A DNA stretch of 49,678 nucleotides from Patescibacteria group bacterium UBA5272 (GTDB lineage Bacteria > Patescibacteriota > Minisyncoccia > Phycocordibacterales > UBA5272), in assembly GCA_002408565.1 (NCBI GenBank), contig DHTA01000001.1:1-49678 (forward strand), in the 5' to 3' direction. The notes under the pieces were generated by a model. The model did no database searches. It was not told where the DNA came from and saw only the letters and a program-made list of their open reading frames with translations. A program made the translations under genes and the position numbers. How positions within the stretch are numbered: position 1 is the stretch's first letter; the number at the start of each line of letters is the position of its first letter. Below are positions 1 through 7,386 of the stretch, one piece after another.

Positions 1-24
1 TTAATATATAAAATTTTATAAAAT

Positions 25-95
25 AAAAAACTCCCCATATTTCAACCGGGAGCAATGGCTCGACCATGACGTTGAATGTGTTGGGAAGTTTTAAT
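25..95 (-). terminator. Long imperfect hairpin followed by a U-tract. It may be the 3' end of an unassigned RNA or leader that runs out of the window.
   Basis: Plus-strand AAAACTCCCC (27-36) pairs with GGGAAGTTTT (83-92). The single mismatch is C.A on the plus strand but a G:U wobble on the minus strand. Inner helices are TTCAAC (41-46)/GTTGAA (71-76) and ATGG (55-58)/CCAT (64-67). On the minus strand a T-run follows (30-25). Confidence 0.35.
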
Positions 96-212
96 TCTTC
101 ATGTCCAGCGAGCTGGACTTTGTTTTCTAATCCAATTCGCTGGACACGAAACAATTGATTGTTTTTATGGAGGTATCATCCTCTAGTATTTGAGATGCAT
201 TTTTCAATGCGA

Positions 213-583
213 TGTCTTTTATATATGATTATTAATTTTATAAAAGACATATTTGTGGTTTGCCTAAAAGTTGTGATCTATAAAGGACAAACTGAAATAT
301 ATAAGTTGGGTGCTATTATTTATTATTAGTTTATTTTTAGCTATTATGCAACTTGTGTTGCTTGTAACGAACTGTTTGGTGAGAACCAGCTTTTAAGGAT
401 GTTTTTATTTAATTTCCCGTAAGCCGGGTTACGCTTTATCCTAAGCTTGTCACCCTGTCTATATTATAAAGGACACAGAAATAAACACAAGTCCTTTTGG
501 CTTAAAGACTGTGGATAACTTGTCCTTTATACTAAAAATACTAAATGTCCTTTATAAAAGACCTTTACATCGTGTCCTTTATA
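213..583. repeat. Array of an 11-mer motif, TGTCCTTTATA and its complement TATAAAGGACA, in a non-coding region
   Basis: Exact copies: TATAAAGGACA at 279-289 and 465-475; TGTCCTTTATA at 521-531, 546-556 and 573-583. A variant pair, TGTCTTTTATA 213-223 and TATAAAAGACA 239-249, are exact reverse complements of each other. A near-palindrome GTCCTTTATAAAAGAC lies at 547-562. Confidence 0.8.
510..521 (+). promoter_or_regulatory. Perfect DnaA-box consensus (TGTGGATAA, the complement of TTATCCACA) within the extended motif TGTGGATAACTT
   Basis: Read directly at 510-518. It sits between two copies of the 11-mer repeat (465-475 and 521-531). Confidence 0.5.
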
Positions 584-696
584 AAAAATTCTCGTCTCTT
601 AAGGGAAGAAAAAGTTTGTCTTTTAAGATATTTGCATTGTCTTTTTGTTTTAGTTAAATTTCAAATAAGTTTAAACAATCTCTTGGTGGAGACTTA

Positions 697-728
697 TAAA
701 AAAATACCGAGCTTTTATATCTCAGTAT
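697..728 (-). terminator. Intrinsic terminator downstream of tig
   Basis: Stem 704-711 / 721-728 (ATACCGAG / CTCAGTAT). The one mismatch becomes G:U only on the minus strand. The loop is 9 nt. The A7 run at 698-704 reads as a T-tract after the hairpin on the minus strand. The element lies about 30 nt past the tig stop at 756. Confidence 0.7.
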
Positions 729-755
729 TTCTATTTCTTCGGCTGTATTTTTATT

Positions 756-1922
756 TTATTTTTCTTCTCCATCCAACATTTTCATTACTTTTTCATTAAT
801 CAAAATTTGTTGAACATAACCGCGAACATTATTTTCATTGGCTTCTGGCATTTGAGTCATAATCTTTAAAGCTTCTGCGTCAATTTCTTCTTTAGAAGTC
901 TCAATTTTTTCTTTTTTAGCTATTTCGTTAATCAAAAGTTGTGACATAACCCTTTTGTAAGCAATATCTTTCCATTCATTTTTAAGATCCTCTTCGGTTT
1001 TCTTTAAATGCGTCAAATAATCTTCCCATTTGCTACCAAATCTCTCTACATCAGCCTTAGTTTGCAGTTTCATTCTTTCAAGTTCGTCTGAAATTAAAGC
1101 ATCAGGTAGGCTAGTCTTAGTTTCTCTAACCAATCTTTCTAAGATTGAAGTCCTCTTTTTTTCTTGAAGTTTCGATTTTTTTTCTAAAACCAAGTTCTCT
1201 TTGATTTTAGCCCTCAAATCCTCTAAGGTCTTAAATTGTTCTCCAAAACTTTGAGCAAATTCATCATTTATCTCTGGAAGCTCCTCTTTTTCAGCTTTTT
1301 CGTCTTTTTTGTCTTCTTTTCCTTTAGAATCATCGTGAGAATGCTCATGAATCGTTCCATCTTCATGCACATGCCCTCCAGTATTTCTAGCTTTTCTTAA
1401 ACTTTCAACTACTTCATCGACTTCTGAGTCAGAAACATTTAGAATATCTTCCTTAACCGCTTGATCGTTTTTCTTTTTCAATTCATCAAATTCTCCTTTT
1501 TCTATTTTATCATTCTCTTCTTTGGCTAGTTTTTTATAGTCTACTAAATCAATTTTTGGAAGTACAGCAAAAATAGCATTATATTCGAAGTCTGAGCCTT
1601 GTCCAATTTTAGCAATAGAAATTTTTGGCTCAGAAACTGGAATAATTTTATCTTCGTCTTTCTTGTTTTCATTTTCTTTAAGAATAGAAGAGTAAAAAGT
1701 CTCATTAATAACCAAATGGGCCATTTCTTCTAAAATAACCATTTCCCCATATTTTTCAGTGATTAAATTTTCTGGAGCATTGCCTTTTCTAAAACCGTCG
1801 ATTTCTACAAATTCTCGGACTTTTTTCAGACCAGCTTGTCTATACTTTTCAAACTCAGCGTTTTCAAGAGAAACGACCATTTTGACCTCTCCATTTTCTA
1901 GTTTTTCAAATTTTATTTTCAT
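756..1922 (-). CDS. tig: Trigger factor without a PPIase domain
   Basis: The N-terminal ribosome-binding signature GFRKGNAP matches GFRxGxxP. VSDSEVDEVVESLRKARNT aligns by eye with E. coli VTDADVDGMLDTLRKQQAT, and ELPEINDEFAQSFG aligns with ELPELTAEFIKRFG. The C-terminal arm domain is present. Confidence 0.85.
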   Translation of the reverse strand: MKIKFEKLENGEVKMVVSLENAEFEKYRQAGLKKVREFVEIDGFRKGNAPENLITEKYGEMVILEEMAHLVINETFYSSILKENENKKDEDKIIPVSEPKISIAKIGQGSDFEYNAIFAVLPKIDLVDYKKLAKEENDKIEKGEFDELKKKNDQAVKEDILNVSDSEVDEVVESLRKARNTGGHVHEDGTIHEHSHDDSKGKEDKKDEKAEKEELPEINDEFAQSFGEQFKTLEDLRAKIKENLVLEKKSKLQEKKRTSILERLVRETKTSLPDALISDELERMKLQTKADVERFGSKWEDYLTHLKKTEEDLKNEWKDIAYKRVMSQLLINEIAKKEKIETSKEEIDAEALKIMTQMPEANENNVRGYVQQILINEKVMKMLDGEEK

Positions 1923-1949
1923 ATAATTTTAGTTTAATTTATTTTTAAC

Positions 1950-3164
1950 CTACTCTTCAACAATTTCTTCAATTTCCTCGATTTCTTCTTGTTTTTCTTC
2001 ATTTACCAACCCTTCTTCGTCAGCCTCGACAATCAAATCTCCTTCTTCACCAGCAATATCAATTTTCCAGCCAGTTAATTTTGCTGCCAGACGGACATTT
2101 TGCCCTCCTCGGCCAATAGCGAGAGATTGTTCTTCTAAACTTACTAAGACTTTAGCTTTTTTTTCATCTTCATCAATTTCGATACTGTGAACTTTGGCAG
2201 GGGAAAGAGAAGAAGCAATATTTTCCCTAATATCATCACTCCATTTAATAATGTCTATTTTTTCACCGCTCAATTCATTACTAATAGCGTTTACTCTCAC
2301 ACCTCTTTGCCCAACACAAGCTCCAATAGGGTCTACTCTAGGATCATTGCTTTTTACAGCTATTTTGCTTCTGCTGCCCGGCTCTCTGGCTACTGCCACA
2401 ATTTCTACGGTTCCATCATCAATTTCAGAAGATTCTGCTTTAAAAAGTTCTATTAAAAATTTTGGATGACTTCTGGAAAGGCGTATAGAAAGACCCCTAG
2501 GACCTTCTTCTATAGAGTATAAATAAGCCTTAATCCTTTGTCCTGGGCGAAATTTATCATTTCGAATTTGTTCTTCAAATGGCAAAATGGCGGTAGTTCT
2601 GCCTAAATCCACGAAGATATTGCCTTTTTCCATTCTCTGAACAATTCCAGACACAATACTTCCTTCTTTAGTTTCAAATTCTCCTGCAATAGACTCATTT
2701 TCGGCTTCACGTATTTTTTGAACCACAACTTGCTTAGCTGTCTGAGCAGCGATTCGTCCAAAATCGCTTTTGTTTTCAAGGTTAAAAGAGATTTCGTCGC
2801 CAAGTTCAGCAGTCTTTTTAAGAAGTTTTGCACTAGAAAGCAAAATATGCTTTTCTTCATTATATTTTGGAAGCAACAAAACGCCCTCACCATCTTCTTC
2901 GTAAACTTCTTCTTTTAAATCTTCCTCTTCTTCGTTATTTATTCTAACCGTACTCTCATCGACTACAATTTTAATTTGTTCAAAAGCAGTTTCTCCTGTT
3001 TCAAAATTGATGTGACAACGAATAAGCTGCCCTTTTCTCCCATACTCTTTTTGATAAGCAGCTGCTAAAGATCTTTCCACAGCATCAATAATTTTCTCAC
3101 GAGAAATCTTTTTTTCTTCTTCTAAAGTATCTAGAGCTATATTTAAAGCTTTGACATCTAACAT
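1950..3164 (-). CDS. nusA: Transcription termination/antitermination factor NusA
   Basis: An S1 domain (GSIVSGIVQRMEKGNIFVDLGRTTAILP) and KH domains (DPIGACVGQRGVRVNAISNELSGEKIDIIKW; AIGRGGQNVRLAAKLTGWKIDI) are present. The track ORF extends to a TTG at 3191. I prefer the ATG at 3164 (MLDVKALNIALDTLEEEK...). Confidence 0.95.
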   Translation of the reverse strand: MLDVKALNIALDTLEEEKKISREKIIDAVERSLAAAYQKEYGRKGQLIRCHINFETGETAFEQIKIVVDESTVRINNEEEEDLKEEVYEEDGEGVLLLPKYNEEKHILLSSAKLLKKTAELGDEISFNLENKSDFGRIAAQTAKQVVVQKIREAENESIAGEFETKEGSIVSGIVQRMEKGNIFVDLGRTTAILPFEEQIRNDKFRPGQRIKAYLYSIEEGPRGLSIRLSRSHPKFLIELFKAESSEIDDGTVEIVAVAREPGSRSKIAVKSNDPRVDPIGACVGQRGVRVNAISNELSGEKIDIIKWSDDIRENIASSLSPAKVHSIEIDEDEKKAKVLVSLEEQSLAIGRGGQNVRLAAKLTGWKIDIAGEEGDLIVEADEEGLVNEEKQEEIEEIEEIVEE

Positions 3165-3215
3165 ATTTTTATAATTCTTTTTATAATTCAATAATAATTT
3201 CCAAAAATTTTAATT

Positions 3216-3237
3216 AAAAAATCGAGCGTTAGCTCGA
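3216..3237 (-). terminator. Small hairpin plus T6 in the nusA 5' leader (candidate attenuator)
   Basis: TCGAGC (3222-3227) / GCTCGA (3232-3237) with a 4-nt loop. The A6 at 3216-3221 reads as T6 after the hairpin on the minus strand. It lies between the predicted promoter and the nusA start. Confidence 0.4.
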
Positions 3238-3270
3238 CCTGCCTTTACTCACCCATTTAATAATAAAAAC

Positions 3271-3299
3271 ATTTTAACAAAAAACACTTCCAAAGTCAA
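3271..3299 (-). promoter_or_regulatory. Sigma70-like promoter reading towards nusA
   Basis: On the minus strand: TTGACT (3299-3294), a 17-nt spacer, then TAAAAT (3276-3271). Confidence 0.5.
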
Positions 3300-3338
3300 A
3301 AAAGGAAAGTAAAAATTCTTTTATGTTAAAATGTCTCT

Positions 3339-4346
3339 ATGGCAATAAAAAAACCTATCACCATTATTAATTGGAGAGGCTATGTTTCTAATTTAAAAGA
3401 AGCGAAAACTATCATTAAAGACTTATCCAAAGAATACTTCGACTTAATTAAAGAAAAAGAAAAAGAGTTGAAAAAAAAACCTAAAAAAAGAGACTTAGAC
3501 CTTCATCTTTCTGTACCCTCATCTTTTATTTATCCTTTGCAAGAATTTGTGAAAGATAAAAAAAATGAAAAATTCAAAAAAATAATTATTGGAGCTCAAA
3601 ACTTTGAAGAGATAGGGAAGACCAATAAAAACAACTGTGTAACCTTTTCTCAGATTCAAAGCGTTGGTACAAAGTTTGTAATATTAAACAACGACATAGA
3701 TTTTGAAAACAAAAACTTATCTGAACAATTATCACCAAATCTAAAAGAGCAAAAAAATCTCAATAAAAATGAAATAGATAATGCTTTTTTACAAAGATTA
3801 AACAGTATTAGCAAAAAAAATATTCAAAATAAAAAAGACGAATCTCTAGAGGGGGCGATTAATACAGAAAAATTATTAGAAGAAGAAAGAAAGGTTTTAA
3901 TCAAAGCCAAAGAAAAAGAATTTCAGATCTTGGAAGAAAAATTAAAATGCTCTTTGCAAAACGGCATGGAAACTGTCTTAGTTATAAAAAGTCATAATGA
4001 CGACTTAACTTTTTTAGCAAATTTTGTAAAAAGAATAGTCAAGAATCTGCATTATAATTTTTTTGATAAACTTTTTATTTGTTATGAAACCGGTAAAAAA
4101 GTTTTAAACATGGACAGGGTGTATGTAGACGACTGCCAAGAAAAAGTGATAGTTATCAGAAGAGCTATAGCTAACCTTTTTGGAATAGATGAAGCTAAAA
4201 GAGTAAGAATTCTTTATAGTGGGCCGATTAATCTTAATAACATTAACGCTATTTTAAAAGAAGGTGGTGTGGACGGGATTTTAATCAACAATGAAACTTC
4301 TTCCGCAAAAGATTTGGCCAAATTACTTGTTGAAGCGACGCTTTAG
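3339..4346 (+). CDS. tpiA: Triosephosphate isomerase-like TIM-barrel protein, highly divergent, with an insertion
   Basis: INWRGY matches NWK; IIIGAQNF matches GAQN; ICYETG matches YEP; RILYSGPINLNN...GGVDGILINNETS matches the C-terminal YGGSV...DGxLVGGASL region. Catalytic and phosphate-loop positions look substituted (see findings). Confidence 0.6.
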   Translation: MAIKKPITIINWRGYVSNLKEAKTIIKDLSKEYFDLIKEKEKELKKKPKKRDLDLHLSVPSSFIYPLQEFVKDKKNEKFKKIIIGAQNFEEIGKTNKNNCVTFSQIQSVGTKFVILNNDIDFENKNLSEQLSPNLKEQKNLNKNEIDNAFLQRLNSISKKNIQNKKDESLEGAINTEKLLEEERKVLIKAKEKEFQILEEKLKCSLQNGMETVLVIKSHNDDLTFLANFVKRIVKNLHYNFFDKLFICYETGKKVLNMDRVYVDDCQEKVIVIRRAIANLFGIDEAKRVRILYSGPINLNNINAILKEGGVDGILINNETSSAKDLAKLLVEATL

Positions 4347-4394
4347 TTTTTCAACATTTTTATTTGTTTTTATTCAATTTATTTAATTATCATT

Positions 4395-5492
4395 ATGAAA
4401 AAAATTATTTTACGTTTAGATTTGAATGTGCCTATAGGAAAAGAGAATAAAATTTTAGAAACTGCCAGAATTGATGCCGTGCTTCCAGAAATTAAAAATC
4501 TTTCCAAGAAAAACAAGTTAATAATCTTGTCTCATTTAGGCAAGGGAGAAAAAAAAGATTCTTTAAAACCTGTAGAAAATTATTTACGAAAAAAATTGAC
4601 TAAGCAAGAAAATGAAAATGTGGAGGTCTTAGAAAACGTCCGTTTTTGGAAAGGGGAAGCGGCAGTGAAAAATTCTAAAGAGTTCAGGGAGGCTTCCAAG
4701 GAATTTGCTTCTCTAGGAGACATTTATATAAACGACGCTTTTGCAACCATGCACAGAGAGCACGCCTCAATTGTAGGAATTCCAAAAATATTTAAAAAAG
4801 AAAAGAAAAAAGTAGATATTGGAGAATTAAGTAAAAGAGAAATTAAAGAAATAGAAAAAAGTTTAAAATTAGCAAAAAATAAAAATAAAAAAACTTTACT
4901 TATTTTATCTGGTGCCAAAATCTCGACCAAACTTCCTTTGATTAATAAATTTTTAGATTTAGGAGCGACGGTTTTTGTGGGCGGAGGCATAGCCAATCAG
5001 ATTTTTAAAGATATTTTAAACCTAGAAATCGGAAAGTCATTTTTTGAAAAAAATTTTAAAATCTCTGCCGTTTTAGAAAAGAAAATCTTAAAAGCTATTA
5101 AAAATAAGCAGTTAGTTTTACCTTGTGATGTAATTTTAAAAAACAAAAAAGTGGAAACTGTGGAAAACTTACAGACTACAGACTATATGGCCGATATAGG
5201 TCCTACCACATTTGCCATCCTAAAAAAAGAGATTGAAAAGGCTGAAAATATTATCTTAAACGGACCACTTGGCTTATATGAAGAAGGTTTCGAATCTGGC
5301 ACTTTAGCTATTCTAAAAAATTTAAAAAATAAAAAAATTAACATTTTGATTGGTGGAGGAGACACTTTAGTCTTAACCAAAAAGCTAAAAATGTCTTCAA
5401 AAGACAACCTTTTTTTGTCTACAGCTGGAGGAGCCATGCTAGAGTATTTAGCTAAAGACGGAAAATTGCCGGGTTTATTAGCCTTAAATTAA
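4395..5492 (+). CDS. pgk: Phosphoglycerate kinase
   Basis: Motifs read: RLDLNVP, ILSHLGKG, NVRFWKGE, YINDAFATMHREHAS, ILSGAKISTKL, VGGGIAN, DIGPTT, NGPLGLYE, IGGGDT. Confidence 0.95.
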   Translation: MKKIILRLDLNVPIGKENKILETARIDAVLPEIKNLSKKNKLIILSHLGKGEKKDSLKPVENYLRKKLTKQENENVEVLENVRFWKGEAAVKNSKEFREASKEFASLGDIYINDAFATMHREHASIVGIPKIFKKEKKKVDIGELSKREIKEIEKSLKLAKNKNKKTLLILSGAKISTKLPLINKFLDLGATVFVGGGIANQIFKDILNLEIGKSFFEKNFKISAVLEKKILKAIKNKQLVLPCDVILKNKKVETVENLQTTDYMADIGPTTFAILKKEIEKAENIILNGPLGLYEEGFESGTLAILKNLKNKKINILIGGGDTLVLTKKLKMSSKDNLFLSTAGGAMLEYLAKDGKLPGLLALN

Positions 5493-5617
5493 CAAAAAAA
5501 TAATAAATTTTTGAAATTAAAAAATCTCTGATAGAATAAATATGTATATGAGTTTCTATATTTCATATACAAAATTTATTACTTGTTTTTATTGAAAAAT
5601 AAATAAAAATAATAAAT

Positions 5618-5857
5618 ATGACTAGAAGATACAACCTTCAGAGACTTCAAAAAGATGTTCTTCTAGGGGTTTCCGGGGTGACATTAGCTTCCACAATGCT
5701 CTTTTCAGGATCTCCTACAGCAAACGCTTCCGTACAGACGCAAAGAAACAATCGTGATTCAATCAGTAAGACAATGAATCAGATCAAAAGAGCAGAGAAA
5801 GCTGAAATGAAAATGCAAGAGAAAAACGCTCTTAGAGAAGAAATTTTTTCGGAGTAA
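5618..5857 (+). CDS. Small hypothetical protein with a signal-peptide-like N-terminus
   Basis: 79-aa ORF with MTRRYNLQRL followed by the hydrophobic stretch LLGVSGVTLASTMLFSGSPTANA. A strong terminator follows it. Confidence 0.45.
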   Translation: MTRRYNLQRLQKDVLLGVSGVTLASTMLFSGSPTANASVQTQRNNRDSISKTMNQIKRAEKAEMKMQEKNALREEIFSE

Positions 5858-5881
5858 AAAAAATAAGATTTCATAAATTTA

Positions 5882-5919
5882 AAAATCACACCGAAGTATT
5901 TAGGTGTGATTTTTGTTTT
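5882..5919 (+). terminator. Intrinsic terminator
   Basis: AAAATCACACC (5882-5892) pairs with GGTGTGATTTT (5903-5913), followed by a T-rich run. Confidence 0.75.
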
Positions 5920-6027
5920 ATGTGAATAACTTTTACAACTTCCAAGAGATTACTTGCTATAATTTTAATATAAATAAAGTGAGATTTTGCATTTATTTAT
6001 TTTATTAGTTTAATTTAATTATTAATT

Positions 6028-7365
6028 ATGAAATTTAATTTTAAAGTTTTTCTAGGAAGTTTGACCGTGATACTTTTGATGTTCACTTTCACAAACTTTC
6101 AAAAAGTTTCTGCGCAAATTCCAGAAAATGCAGAAATGGATACTGTATTAATGGCAACTGTAAATATTTATAATGCTACAAATACAAAAATTAATAACAA
6201 AACCTATTCTATTTCTTTTGATCTTACAAACAGAGAAGGTATTCAACCTAATATTCGTTATGGTGTTCAACTTATACGAGCTTACACCAATAAACCAATA
6301 GACATGTACTTAGTAAACGAATCTATATCTTTAGGTGAAAATGATAAAAAGAACCTTACTATAGAATACACACTTCCAGGTTATATACCTGATGGAGATT
6401 ATAGACTATTAATTGTTACTCAAAATCAAAACGGTCTTCCTTTAGCCACATCTCCTATAGGTTTCCCAGAAAAATTGATAAACATAACCAATACTTCCGG
6501 AATAAATATAGATAAGTGTATTCTTTTTGTAAATGAAGAAGATCCGAGAATCGAATATGCTTCCGGGGAAGGAGTCGCTATTCGCGCAGAAGAAGAAACT
6601 CTAACCGCATCTTGTGAAATCACAAATAGCAGCTTGAAATCTGACAATTTAAAATTGCAACTAATTACTCATAAAAGAGATCAGTTTGGAGATATATTAG
6701 CCAACAATATTTTAGAGCAAACAGTTTCGGTGAAAGCAAAAAGTAATCAAAGAGTAGAATTCCTTCTTCCTGTATTAAAAACTCCCCAAGCTTACGATAT
6801 AGATACTTTTTTAATTAATAACGAAGGAAAGAAAGTATCTTATTCTGTATTCTTACACTATGTTGTTTCAGGGTCATCAGCTACAATACAAAATACACTT
6901 TTAGATAAGACTGATTATAAAATGGGAGATATTGCAGAACTTAAAGTGTTCTGGACAGCTTCTGCCGACACATTTACAAACTCAAGATTGGCAGGAACTG
7001 AAGACACTTATTCTATTAAAGGAGTAATCAAAAGCTCTGCGGGAGAAGTTTGTGGGTCCTTAGAGAAGGAAGTTGAAACTCCTGAAATTTTAGGAGAAAA
7101 CATTCTCAAAATAAGAATGAATAAAGATTGTCCTGCCGCTATAGCAGAGATAAGTATTATTAATTCCAAAGGAGATCTTTTAGACTCTACTAAAATAGAT
7201 TTAAACAATCAAATAACTAATGTTCAAATAAATGCAAATATTCCAACGGAAGCTTTTTCTTTTGCTAACTTTAATGCAATCTATATAGTAATCTTTATTG
7301 CGACACTAGTTTTAATAGCTTATGCAATATTACGCCTAAGAAAAAAAGAGGTCGAAAATAAATAA
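6028..7365 (+). CDS. Secreted, C-terminally membrane-anchored surface protein (hypothetical)
   Basis: N-terminal signal peptide (LGSLTVILLMFTFTNFQKVSAQ). About three beta-rich repeat units. C-terminal TM helix plus basic tail (IYIVIFIATLVLIAYAILRLRKKE). Confidence 0.75.
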   Translation: MKFNFKVFLGSLTVILLMFTFTNFQKVSAQIPENAEMDTVLMATVNIYNATNTKINNKTYSISFDLTNREGIQPNIRYGVQLIRAYTNKPIDMYLVNESISLGENDKKNLTIEYTLPGYIPDGDYRLLIVTQNQNGLPLATSPIGFPEKLINITNTSGINIDKCILFVNEEDPRIEYASGEGVAIRAEEETLTASCEITNSSLKSDNLKLQLITHKRDQFGDILANNILEQTVSVKAKSNQRVEFLLPVLKTPQAYDIDTFLINNEGKKVSYSVFLHYVVSGSSATIQNTLLDKTDYKMGDIAELKVFWTASADTFTNSRLAGTEDTYSIKGVIKSSAGEVCGSLEKEVETPEILGENILKIRMNKDCPAAIAEISIINSKGDLLDSTKIDLNNQITNVQINANIPTEAFSFANFNAIYIVIFIATLVLIAYAILRLRKKEVENK

Positions 7366-7386
7366 TAATTAATTACAAATAAAAAT

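Noticed and set aside
100-460. RNase P RNA on the minus strand. The minus strand reads AACCCGGCTTAC (CR-V-like, 432-421), CAGGGTGACAA (458-448) and AAAGTCCAGC (CR-I-like, 123-114).
   Set aside because: The CR-I-like element lies 3' of the CR-V-like element, the reverse of the RNase P order. The spacing between the motifs is wrong. A long AT-rich unstructured stretch (290-345) interrupts the candidate. No GAGGAAAGUCC match is present.
25-460. tmRNA. A possible tag-like frame ending ...QATQVA followed by TAA TAG lies on the minus strand around 370-340, next to a small hairpin.
   Set aside because: There is no GGGG 5' acceptor, no T-arm (GGTTCGAATCC-like) and no CCA-proximal acceptor pairing. 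The tag similarity is weak and could be chance.
545-799. 84-aa ORF in the left-edge non-coding region
   Set aside because: It is made of the repeat array and the tig terminator and overlaps the 3' end of tig. Its composition is F/L/Y-rich, typical of random AT-rich frames.
2187-2918. ORFs 2187..2456, 2194..2469, 2603..2893 and 2718..2918 overlapping nusA
   Set aside because: They lie inside a confidently identified conserved gene and have no motifs.
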